The notes under the pieces are model-generated. The model was not told where the DNA came from. It saw only the letters and a program-made list of their open reading frames with translations, and did no database searches. A stretch of 64,000 nt of DNA from Arcobacteraceae bacterium (lineage in GTDB: Bacteria > Campylobacterota > Campylobacteria > Campylobacterales > Arcobacteraceae), in assembly GCA_041694355.1 (NCBI GenBank), contig JASMTK010000012.1, positions 11,201 through 75,200 on the forward strand. Reading direction: 5' to 3'. This document shows positions 1-9,058 of this stretch, piece by piece (position 1 is the first letter of the stretch; each line of letters opens with the position of its first letter). Position numbers and translations under genes: made by a program.

Positions 1-1
1 A

Positions 2-454
2 CTAATCTTCTATGCTTCTCCTTTTCATGATTTGGGAAAAGTTGGAATTGAAGATAAGATTCTTTTAAAACCTGGTAAGCTAGATAATGATGAATATACA
101 ATTATGAAAGAGCATGCAAATATTGGATATGAGATTTTAAAAGATTCACAAAGTGAATACTTAAAAGCTGGTGCAATTATCGCTAAAGATCATCACGAAA
201 AGTATAATGGCCTTGGCTATCCTGAGGGTAAAAAAGGTGAAGACATCCATATATTTGGAAGAATTGTAGCTATTGTTGATGTGTTTGATGCACTAACATC
301 ATCAAGACCTTATAAAAGAGCTTGGACTTTTGAAGAGGCTGTAAATTTACTTATCGAAGAAAAAGGTAAACATTTTGATCCTAAACTAATTGATTTGTTT
401 GTTGAAAACCTTGATGAAGTAAAAGAGATATATAAATCATTTGATTTAGATTAA
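2..454 (+). CDS. HD-GYP domain c-di-GMP phosphodiesterase, 5'-truncated by the window edge
   Basis: Frame is open from base 2 (LIFYASPFHDLGKVG), so the HD motif lies upstream of the ORF-track start; HHEKYNGLGYPEG and DVFDAL motifs. Confidence 0.88.
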   Translation, partial: LIFYASPFHDLGKVGIEDKILLKPGKLDNDEYTIMKEHANIGYEILKDSQSEYLKAGAIIAKDHHEKYNGLGYPEGKKGEDIHIFGRIVAIVDVFDALTSSRPYKRAWTFEEAVNLLIEEKGKHFDPKLIDLFVENLDEVKEIYKSFDLD

Positions 455-467
455 GGAAAACTATATT

Positions 468-3400
468 ATGAAAAAACTTATTTCACCTTTTTTAAACCCA
501 TATATTGGTCCAATAATTGTAATAACTTTAGTTGTTGCTTATCTAGTAATCTTTGAAATTCCAAAATATTCAGAAAAAAATAAAAAAGAGTCTATGACTC
601 AAAAAGCTATTAGTGTTGTTGAAAATCTAAAGAAGACAAGAAGTTACTATACTACTTATGTAATAAACGATATTAAGAAACAAACAGATATTAGAATCAA
701 TTATGACCATGAAGAAAGAAAAGATACTATACCTTTACCTGCTACATTAGTTCATGACTTAAGTACAATTCTTCCTGAAAATGATATGAAAATTAAAATG
801 TTTAGTAACTATCCTTTCCCTAATAGAAAAGACAGAGTTTTAGATGAATTTGAAAAAGAGTCTTTAGCTTGGCTTGTAAATAATCCAGATGATATTTATA
901 CTAAAACAATTGAAAAAAACAAAGATGAAAAAATCTTTAAAGTAGCAGTTGCAGATGTATTTTACAACAACGGATGTGTTCAGTGTCACAATACAAGAGC
1001 AGATACTCCAAAAGATGACTGGGAACTTGGTGATGTAAGAGGGATAATTGAAGTTACTATTCCTTACTCAAAAGAGTTTATTTTATCAAGTAGACAAACT
1101 CTTTATTTAATAGCTATCTTAATAATTTTCATTCTAGCACTTGGGATTCACTATAGTGTTATTTCATTTATAAGACAAAAAGATTATAAAAGAAATAAAA
1201 AAATATTAGAAGAAGAAGTAGCAAATAGGACAAAAACACTAAAAGATACAAATAAACTACTAAACGAATACAAAAAAGCAGTTGATACTAGTGCTATTGT
1301 TTCAAAAACAAATAAAGATGGATTAATAACATACGTAAATGATGAATTTATAAAAATTTCACAATACACAAGAAATGAACTATTAAGAAGAAGTCATAAT
1401 ATAGTAAGACACCCTGATATGAGTGATGAATTTTTCAAAGACTTATGGGATACAATAAACAATAAAAAGATTTGGAAAGGACAAATAAAAAATAGAGCTA
1501 AAGATGGTTCAGCTTATTATGTGGCCTCTACAATAGTTCCTATTTTAAACTCTGATGATGAGATAGAAGAGTTTTTAGCTATTAGATTAGATATTACTGA
1601 TGTTATAAATTCACAAATCAAAGCACAAAGAGCAGATGAAGCAAAATCCACATTCTTAGCTAATATTAGTCATGAGATTAGAACTCCACTAAATGCAATT
1701 ATTGGTTTTTCTGATATCTTATGTAAAACAAAGCATTTGGATACACAAACTAAAAAACAAGCGAATATTATTCAGACAAGTGCAAACTCTCTACTTGGAA
1801 TAATTAATGATATTTTAGATGTATCAAAAATAGAAAGTGGAAACTTTGAAATAGCAATTGAGAATACAGATATATACTATATTAGTGAACATGTTGTTGA
1901 ATTATTCTCTAAGAGAGCTATAGAGAAGCATATAAAATTAGTATTTGATTTAGATAATAAAATACCTATGTGTTTAAAAACAGATGGAGTTAGAGTAAGA
2001 CAAGTTTTATCAAATCTATTAAGTAATGCAATTAAATTTACTCCCGAACATGGAAAGATAGAGCTTAATATAAATCAAGTTAACAAAGATGAAAATACTA
2101 CAACCATTAGATTTGAGGTTAAAGATACAGGTATTGGAATACCAAAAGAGAAGCTAGATAATGTCTTTAAACCTTTTGTACAAGTTGATCATAAATCAAA
2201 TAGACAATTTGAGGGAACTGGACTTGGACTTAGTATTAGTTCTCACATAATAGACTCACTTGGTTCAAAAATAAATATTGAAAGTCAAGTTGGTACAGGT
2301 ACTAAGTTTTGGTTTGATTTGACACTTGAAATTTGTGATGATGCTATACATACAAATAAAGAGTACTCTAGTCAAATAAGTTTTAAATTTGATGATATCA
2401 ATAGTGATTTATACCATTATGCAAAAAGATATTTAAACATATTTGGAACAATAAACAACGAAAATGAAAATAAAAACATCATAAAAGTTCTTACTAGTAA
2501 TGATTTAAAAAACAGTAAACTTCAAAAGCTAAGAGAAGAAGAACCAAATACTTTAAAACTTATTCTTTTAGAGTACGAAGAGTCTTTAGATGAACTAACG
2601 CTTTATGAAAATGAGCAAGGTTTAGCATTGCCATTTTATGCTTCAAAAATAAATGATGCCCTTCAAGAGCTACTAAATATAAAAAATGAAGCATTACAAA
2701 TAGAAGAAAATATTGACTTTGATTCTTTTGAAGGAAGAGTGTTAGTAGCAGAAGACAATCCTGCGAATCAAGAACTTATATCTTTTATTCTTAAAAATTT
2801 TGAAGTTGATTTTGATTTAGCAAGCAATGGAAAAGAGGCCTTTGACTTATATAGAAACAACTCTTATGATATGATTCTAATGGATATAAATATGCCAATT
2901 ATGGATGGAATTGAAGCTTTTAATTCTATTAGAAAATTTGAGAGTGAAAATACTATCTCTTCAACTCCTATCATTGCTTTAACAGCAAATGCGATTAAAG
3001 GTGATAAAGAGAAGTTCTTAAAACTTGGTATGAATGACTATTTAAGCAAACCTATAAATACTGATGAATTAAAAAGTATATTTAATAAGTTTTTAACTGC
3101 TAGTAACAAAGATATAAAAAGTGATAAAACAAAAGAAGAAATAACTAAACAAGCAGAAGTAAATACATCTAATGAAGTAATTTCAACAGATGCGGTTGCT
3201 AAAAAACTTGGTATATCTTCAACAGTTGCTAATATGATTATTCAGAAGTTCAAAGATGAAATCATAAAAGATTTAGATGAACTAAATTCATTTATTGAAA
3301 CTAACGATATCAAAAATAGAGTAGATAAAGCTCATTATATTAAGAACTCATGTTTAAATATGGCCTTAGATGATATTTGTGAGCTACTTCAATCACTTGA

Positions 3401-3482
3401 AGACTCAAGCTTAAGCAAAGATGACTCAAAGGAAGTATCTACAAAAATATATGCTAATATAGAAAATATGATAAAGGAGTAA
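468..3482 (+). CDS. Membrane hybrid histidine kinase: periplasmic c-heme (Tll0287/DUF3365-like) domain, PAS, HisKA, HATPase, REC, Hpt
   Basis: Two TM segments flank CVQCH (975-989); H-box SHEIRT; N, G1 and G2 boxes; REC LMDINMP; C-terminal AHYIKNS Hpt-like motif. Confidence 0.88.
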   Translation: MKKLISPFLNPYIGPIIVITLVVAYLVIFEIPKYSEKNKKESMTQKAISVVENLKKTRSYYTTYVINDIKKQTDIRINYDHEERKDTIPLPATLVHDLSTILPENDMKIKMFSNYPFPNRKDRVLDEFEKESLAWLVNNPDDIYTKTIEKNKDEKIFKVAVADVFYNNGCVQCHNTRADTPKDDWELGDVRGIIEVTIPYSKEFILSSRQTLYLIAILIIFILALGIHYSVISFIRQKDYKRNKKILEEEVANRTKTLKDTNKLLNEYKKAVDTSAIVSKTNKDGLITYVNDEFIKISQYTRNELLRRSHNIVRHPDMSDEFFKDLWDTINNKKIWKGQIKNRAKDGSAYYVASTIVPILNSDDEIEEFLAIRLDITDVINSQIKAQRADEAKSTFLANISHEIRTPLNAIIGFSDILCKTKHLDTQTKKQANIIQTSANSLLGIINDILDVSKIESGNFEIAIENTDIYYISEHVVELFSKRAIEKHIKLVFDLDNKIPMCLKTDGVRVRQVLSNLLSNAIKFTPEHGKIELNINQVNKDENTTTIRFEVKDTGIGIPKEKLDNVFKPFVQVDHKSNRQFEGTGLGLSISSHIIDSLGSKINIESQVGTGTKFWFDLTLEICDDAIHTNKEYSSQISFKFDDINSDLYHYAKRYLNIFGTINNENENKNIIKVLTSNDLKNSKLQKLREEEPNTLKLILLEYEESLDELTLYENEQGLALPFYASKINDALQELLNIKNEALQIEENIDFDSFEGRVLVAEDNPANQELISFILKNFEVDFDLASNGKEAFDLYRNNSYDMILMDINMPIMDGIEAFNSIRKFESENTISSTPIIALTANAIKGDKEKFLKLGMNDYLSKPINTDELKSIFNKFLTASNKDIKSDKTKEEITKQAEVNTSNEVISTDAVAKKLGISSTVANMIIQKFKDEIIKDLDELNSFIETNDIKNRVDKAHYIKNSCLNMALDDICELLQSLEDSSLSKDDSKEVSTKIYANIENMIKE

Positions 3483-3484
3483 TT

Positions 3485-4024
3485 ATGAGAGGTGTGATTT
3501 TTACAGAGATGATTGAGTTTGTTGAGGATGCACTTGGATTTGAAGTTGCAGATAAAATGATAGAAAAAGCACACTTAGATAATCACGGTGCTTTTTCTCA
3601 AGGAGGGAATTACCCTTTTGACCAAATGGTAAAAATGCTAACAGCTTTATCTGAAATAACAAAAAAAGAACCAAATGAGCTTCTTTATATATTTGGTAGA
3701 CATCTATTTTCTATTTTGGTAAAACTATATGGAAAAGATATAAAAAGTGCTGGGAATGCTTTAGACTTTATTGATAGTGTTGAAGACTATGTACACGTTG
3801 AAGTTAAAAAACTTTATCCTGATGCTGATTTACCAACATTTAAAACAATAGAAAAAAGTGATGATATTTTGATATTACACTATAAATCAGAGAAAAAACT
3901 TGAAGCCTTCGCCCATGGTTTAATTGAAGCTTGTGGAGAATATTTCAATGAACCTTTTAATGTAGAATACAAAACTATAAAAGATACTCCCCATACAGTT
4001 GAGTTTAAAATAGAAAGAAAATAG
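3485..4024 (+). CDS. Stand-alone H-NOX (heme NO/O2-binding) protein
   Basis: MRGVIFTE start; proximal His in VHVEVKKLYPDADLP; YxSxR-type motif read as YKSEK; 179 aa; SD AAGGAG. Confidence 0.88.
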   Translation: MRGVIFTEMIEFVEDALGFEVADKMIEKAHLDNHGAFSQGGNYPFDQMVKMLTALSEITKKEPNELLYIFGRHLFSILVKLYGKDIKSAGNALDFIDSVEDYVHVEVKKLYPDADLPTFKTIEKSDDILILHYKSEKKLEAFAHGLIEACGEYFNEPFNVEYKTIKDTPHTVEFKIERK

Positions 4025-4026
4025 CA

Positions 4027-5352
4027 ATGTCTGAAGAACATAATCCCTGGAAAAAAAGATTTGAAAGAGAAAGATTAGCTAGAAAAAATAGTGAAAGACT
4101 CTTAGAGGAAAAAAGCTTTGAACTATGGCAAGCGAATCAAGAACTTGAAAAACAAGTTCAACAACGTACAGAATCTTTAAAACAAGCATTATTGGAAACT
4201 CAAAAAGCAAATAGAGCAAAATCTGACTTTTTAGCAAATATGAGTAATGAGATTAGAACACCCTTAAACGGTATAATTGGTTTTTCAAAATATTTAAATG
4301 ATTCAAATCACTTAAACAATCAAGATAAAAAATATGCCTCTATTATTGAAACTAGTGCAAACTCATTACTTTGTATCATAAACGATATCTTAGACTTTTC
4401 AAAAATTGAAAGTGGTAACTTTCAAATATCTATTGATGAGGGTAATATTAAGAAAATAGCAAAAGAAACAATTGAACTATTTTCAACTAAAGCAAGAGAA
4501 AAAGAGATAATATTAGATCTTAAAATAGATGATGAAATTCCAGATAATATAAATAGTGACTTGCTAAGATTGAAACAGGTTATATCAAATCTAATATCAA
4601 ATGCTATAAAATTCACAAATGAAAATGGTAATGTAAAAGTAAAGCTTAGTTTGCAAAATAAAGATGATAGTTACTGTAAAATCAAAGTAGTAGTAGAAGA
4701 TAACGGTATAGGTATACCAAAAGATAAACTTGATTCAATACTAAATCCTTTTATTCAATTAGAAAACATTTCAAATAAGCAGCACACAGGTACAGGTTTA
4801 GGACTTAGTATATGTTCTAATATATTAAAACTTATGCACTCAGAACTACAAGTAGAGAGTAAAGAAAATATTGGTACCTCTTTTAGTTTTGAACTTGAAT
4901 GTAGTTATAACAAAAATAGTGAAATAGAAAAAGTAGAAAAAACTTCATTTGTAAAAGAAAGTAAAAAAGAGTTTTCAGAAAAAATCTTGTTAGCAGAAGA
5001 TAATTTGATTAACCAAGAACTTATGAAAGCTGTACTTCAAAGTTTAAAAGTGCAGTTTGAAATTGTCTCTAATGGTAAAGAGTGTTTAGAAGAGTACTGT
5101 AAAAACCATAAGTATTATAAACTAATTTTAATGGACATAAATATGCCTATTATGGATGGATTAGATGCTTTAAAGCAGATAAGAGCTTTTGAAAAAAAAG
5201 AGAGAATAGAAAGCATAAATATAATTGCATTGACAGCAAATGCTATTAAAGGTGACGAAGAAAAATATTTAAATCAAGGTATGAATGGATACTTAAGTAA
5301 ACCTATTAACACAGAAAAATTAAAAACTATTTTAGATAAATTTTTGAAATAA
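4027..5352 (+). CDS. Cytoplasmic H-NOX-associated hybrid kinase-like protein with H-box His replaced by Asn
   Basis: N-terminal RERLARKNSERLLEEK coiled coil; H-box reads SNEIRT (AAT at 4246-4248); HATPase boxes and REC LMDINMP intact. Confidence 0.85.
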   Translation: MSEEHNPWKKRFERERLARKNSERLLEEKSFELWQANQELEKQVQQRTESLKQALLETQKANRAKSDFLANMSNEIRTPLNGIIGFSKYLNDSNHLNNQDKKYASIIETSANSLLCIINDILDFSKIESGNFQISIDEGNIKKIAKETIELFSTKAREKEIILDLKIDDEIPDNINSDLLRLKQVISNLISNAIKFTNENGNVKVKLSLQNKDDSYCKIKVVVEDNGIGIPKDKLDSILNPFIQLENISNKQHTGTGLGLSICSNILKLMHSELQVESKENIGTSFSFELECSYNKNSEIEKVEKTSFVKESKKEFSEKILLAEDNLINQELMKAVLQSLKVQFEIVSNGKECLEEYCKNHKYYKLILMDINMPIMDGLDALKQIRAFEKKERIESINIIALTANAIKGDEEKYLNQGMNGYLSKPINTEKLKTILDKFLK

Positions 5353-5451
5353 GTAATATTATTCATTTGATTAATATAGTTTTAACTTAAATAATACGAA
5401 AATCCTACTTTAGAATTTTAAATTTTTATAAATATAAATAAGGATAAATAA

Positions 5452-5961
5452 ATGTCAAAAATTGGTATTTTAGTTGCAAGTGCAAATAACAATAGAAAAT
5501 TAGGTAACAAATTAAAAGATATTGCAAATGAGTTAGGTCATGAAGTTGAATTAATAAATTTAGTTGATTTAGATCTACCTCTTTACAGTACAGTAGAAGA
5601 AGAGAAAAATGGAATCCCTGAAACTGTTTTAGATCTTACAAATCATATTTTAGATTTAAAAGCCTTTATAATTGTTGCTCCTGAGTATAATGGTGTTATG
5701 CCTCCTGTATTAAATAACGCAATGGCTTGGACATCAAGAAGTACAGAGCACTGGAGAGATGCATTTAATGAAAAAGTTGTAGCACTAGCTACACACAGTG
5801 GTGGTGGCGGAGCTAAGGGGCTTCAAGCTATGAGAATTATGTATCAACACTTAGGTGCAAATATTTTAGCAAGAGAAATACTAACAACATATCAAAAACC
5901 GTTAGATGAAGATACTGCTAAGAATATAATTAAGCAACTAGCTAAGTTATCAGAAGTTTAG
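5452..5961 (+). CDS. NADPH-dependent FMN reductase family flavoprotein
   Basis: APEYNGVMPPVLNNA and ATHSGGGG motifs. Confidence 0.85.
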   Translation: MSKIGILVASANNNRKLGNKLKDIANELGHEVELINLVDLDLPLYSTVEEEKNGIPETVLDLTNHILDLKAFIIVAPEYNGVMPPVLNNAMAWTSRSTEHWRDAFNEKVVALATHSGGGGAKGLQAMRIMYQHLGANILAREILTTYQKPLDEDTAKNIIKQLAKLSEV

Positions 5962-5978
5962 GCCAACCCTAGACTTCT
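5952..5978. terminator. Probable bidirectional intrinsic terminator
   Basis: AGAAGTTTAGG-ccaac-CCTAGACTTCT hairpin between convergent genes. Confidence 0.6.
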
Positions 5979-5992
5979 ATTTAAAATAAATA

Positions 5993-7558
5993 TTAGTTTT
6001 TTGGAAGAACTAAAGAGAAACTTGCACCTATATAATCTTTTTCTTTATATTTAAAGCTTTTATTTTTAACTTCAATATGTCCTTTCATATGCTTTCTTAC
6101 TATTTCATCTGACATATAAAGTCCTATTCCTGTACCTTTTGATTTGTGTTTTGTAGTAAAGTATGGTTCAAATATTCTATTTTTTATCTTCTCATCAATT
6201 CCACCAGCATTATCTAAAACTCTTATGATAATATCTTTTTCTTTTACAATCACATCAATAAATATAAGTTTCTTTCTTAATGACTCTTGTTTTTTAAGCT
6301 CATCACTTGCATTATTTAAAAGATTTACAATAACCTGTATGAGTTCATTTTTAAATGTATGTACTTTAATATCATTAATATTTTGAATTAAATCAATTTC
6401 ATGGGATTTAACTTTTGTTTTTATTAAGTTTATTGTGTACTCAATTACTTCACTTACATAAAATGTTGTTTTTTGATAATTTGGTTTAAAAAAGTCACTA
6501 AAATCATCTATAGTTTTTGAAAGGTATTGAGAACTTGTATTTATATCATTTAAACCATTTGTTAAAGTCTCTTTGTCTAAAGTTCCTGTGTCATTTTGTA
6601 TTTTCATTCCAGTTGATAAAACAGAGATTACAGATAATGGTTGTCTCCATTGATGAGCGATATTCTCCAACATTTCACCCATTGCTGCCATTTTTGATTG
6701 TCTTTGCATTATATCTTCATAATCCATCAACTCTTTTTTTATTTTAGCAACCTCTTCTTTTAAAGTTTTATTATAATTCTCTAACTTCTTGTTTACTTCT
6801 GTTTTTTGTTTTTCTATTTCTAACCTCTCACCTATATCTTTAGAAATAGCCATAATATAGTCTCTACCCCTATAGCTTTTAAAAATCAAAGAGGTTTCCA
6901 CATACACATAACTTCCATTTTTAGTCTTATATTTACCATAAGTTATAAGATTTTTAGTATTTTGTATCTCTTTAAATACCTCAGGAATCTCTTTTGATTC
7001 TAAAATAGCTGTTCGTAAATCAGAAATTTTAATACTCTTTAACTCTTCATTTGTATATCCAAGTGTCTTACAAACCTTCTCATTTGCAAACTCTATAAAA
7101 TGAGTCTCATAATCTACTAAAAAAACCATATCACTTGACTCTTTTATAAATTCAAAATATAGATTTATTTTTTCATCTTGTAGTATTTTTTGTGAGTTGT
7201 CAGAAACATAAGATATGAGGTGATCTTTTCCATTTATATCAACAATTCTAGAGTTTATTTTCACAGGAAAAACTAATCCATCTTTTGTTTTGTGTTCTGA
7301 TTCTATGGTAGTTGGATTTTCTTTATTTTTTTGAAACTCTTTAAACTTCTCAAAAAACAACTCTTTATTATTTTTAATATCAACATCCCAAACATTTAAT
7401 TGCATCATCTCTTTTCTTGAATAGCCTAAGCTCTTACATGCTGTACTATTTGCAAATAGTATTCTACCTGTGTAAGAGATTAGATATATAGCTTCATTTG
7501 CTAACTCTAATGATGTTTTTAAAAGATATTGAATATTATTTCTTTTTATTCTAGCCAC
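5993..7558 (-). CDS. Cytoplasmic double-PAS sensor histidine kinase
   Basis: Two PAS-like repeats; ENIAHQWRQPL H-box; DNAGG; FEPYFTTK; GTGIGL; GTG start. Confidence 0.88.
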   Translation of the reverse strand: MARIKRNNIQYLLKTSLELANEAIYLISYTGRILFANSTACKSLGYSRKEMMQLNVWDVDIKNNKELFFEKFKEFQKNKENPTTIESEHKTKDGLVFPVKINSRIVDINGKDHLISYVSDNSQKILQDEKINLYFEFIKESSDMVFLVDYETHFIEFANEKVCKTLGYTNEELKSIKISDLRTAILESKEIPEVFKEIQNTKNLITYGKYKTKNGSYVYVETSLIFKSYRGRDYIMAISKDIGERLEIEKQKTEVNKKLENYNKTLKEEVAKIKKELMDYEDIMQRQSKMAAMGEMLENIAHQWRQPLSVISVLSTGMKIQNDTGTLDKETLTNGLNDINTSSQYLSKTIDDFSDFFKPNYQKTTFYVSEVIEYTINLIKTKVKSHEIDLIQNINDIKVHTFKNELIQVIVNLLNNASDELKKQESLRKKLIFIDVIVKEKDIIIRVLDNAGGIDEKIKNRIFEPYFTTKHKSKGTGIGLYMSDEIVRKHMKGHIEVKNKSFKYKEKDYIGASFSLVLPKN

Positions 7559-7625
7559 TTGCTAACCAACTTATGTTTTTGTTATTTTTATATAATTATA
7601 GCAAAGTCTAGTTTATATACAAATT

Positions 7626-7659
7626 CTGTCATTGGTTTGTAACTTATAAATGCTAAGAT
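7626..7659 (+). promoter_or_regulatory. Pho-box-like tandem repeat plus extended -10 promoter of the phoH-like gene
   Basis: CTGTCAT-tggt-TTGTAAC (7626-7643, 11-bp period) ends 10 nt before TG-c-TAAGAT (hexamer 7654-7659); ATG is 6 nt downstream with no SD. Confidence 0.6.
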
Positions 7660-7665
7660 TTTCTT

Positions 7666-9048
7666 ATGAAAGATAAAGTATATGTATTAGACACAAACAT
7701 AATATTGCAAAATATTCAAAATCTTAATAAAATTTCTGATAAAAAAACAAATACAATAATAATCCCAGAAACAGTACTATTAGAACTTGAAGACAAGAAA
7801 AAGCTGACAAATGAGTTAGGTTTTTACTCTAGAGAATTTGCAAGATTACTAGCAAAGATGAAGATAAAAGAGGTTGATTATAAAACAGGTTATAAAGTTG
7901 TAAAATTTTACAATGATGATTTAGATTTGCATATAATCTCAAAAGATACCTATGAAACAGAAATTGAACAAGTGCATATAAGTGAAAGCAACGATAAAAG
8001 AATAATTGAGGTTGCATCCATAGCACAGGAGTATTACAAAGGCTATCAAGCTATTTTCTTATCACTTGATGTTTATGCAAGAACATTTGCTCTTTTTAAA
8101 GGTATAAAAACTGAAACTTTACATGAAGATAAATCAACAGTACCAAACTTTGAGTTTTTAAAAAAACTAGAATTAGATTCATCTTGTTTTAACAGTTTAG
8201 AAAAAAAAGATATTTTATCAATAGACAAAGAGTATACACCTCAAAACTTCTCTTATAATTTTGAAAGTTCTGATGGGAATTGTACTTTTGCTATTGTTTA
8301 CAACAATAAACTTGACTTACTAAAAGAGTCAGATTTTAAAAATCTAAATATAAAACCAGTAAATCTAAAACAGAAGCTTTTTACAAAAGCTATTTTATCA
8401 AATATGTATGATTTATTAGTAATAGATGCAAAAGCTGGTAGTGGTAAAACACTTATGTCATTAGCTAGTGCTATGAGACTTATAGATTTAGGAGCATATG
8501 ATAAGATTGTTTATGTTAGAAACTCTATAGAGTCACTTGATAAGGGTGCTGATGTGGGTTACCTAGCTGGAAATGATGAAAAATTTAGAGTTTACAATAT
8601 GGCTTTATATGATACATTAGAGTTTATTGCAAAAAAACAACTTAAAAAAAGTGAAAATAGAGAGAACCAAGAATCAATAGAATCAAAAATCAATGAGATG
8701 CAATCTAAGTATTGTATTGAAACATTATGGCCAGGAGAAGCAAGAGGTAGAACACTATCTGGTGCTATTGTGATAATGGATGAATGGCAAAATAGTTCAG
8801 AAAAAACTACGCAATTAATTCTATCAAGACTTGATGAATCTTGTATGGCTATTGTAATTGGTTCAAATCGTCAAATCGATAATTTATATTTAAATAAATA
8901 TAATAATGGTCTAACAACTTTACTTAAACAAACTAAAGTTAAACATGATGAACTTAAGATGTTTGCTATTGAGTTAGATAAAGCTGTTAGAGGTAAATTT
9001 GCACAATTTACAGAAAGAATTTTTGAAAAGAAAAACAATAACAACTAA
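7666..9048 (+). CDS. PIN-PhoH (PhoH2-type) RNase/ATPase
   Basis: N-terminal PIN motifs (VLDTN, ELE, SND, SLD); Walker A AGSGKT; RGRT; DEWQN. Confidence 0.9.
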   Translation: MKDKVYVLDTNIILQNIQNLNKISDKKTNTIIIPETVLLELEDKKKLTNELGFYSREFARLLAKMKIKEVDYKTGYKVVKFYNDDLDLHIISKDTYETEIEQVHISESNDKRIIEVASIAQEYYKGYQAIFLSLDVYARTFALFKGIKTETLHEDKSTVPNFEFLKKLELDSSCFNSLEKKDILSIDKEYTPQNFSYNFESSDGNCTFAIVYNNKLDLLKESDFKNLNIKPVNLKQKLFTKAILSNMYDLLVIDAKAGSGKTLMSLASAMRLIDLGAYDKIVYVRNSIESLDKGADVGYLAGNDEKFRVYNMALYDTLEFIAKKQLKKSENRENQESIESKINEMQSKYCIETLWPGEARGRTLSGAIVIMDEWQNSSEKTTQLILSRLDESCMAIVIGSNRQIDNLYLNKYNNGLTTLLKQTKVKHDELKMFAIELDKAVRGKFAQFTERIFEKKNNNN

Positions 9049-9058
9049 GGAATAAAAA

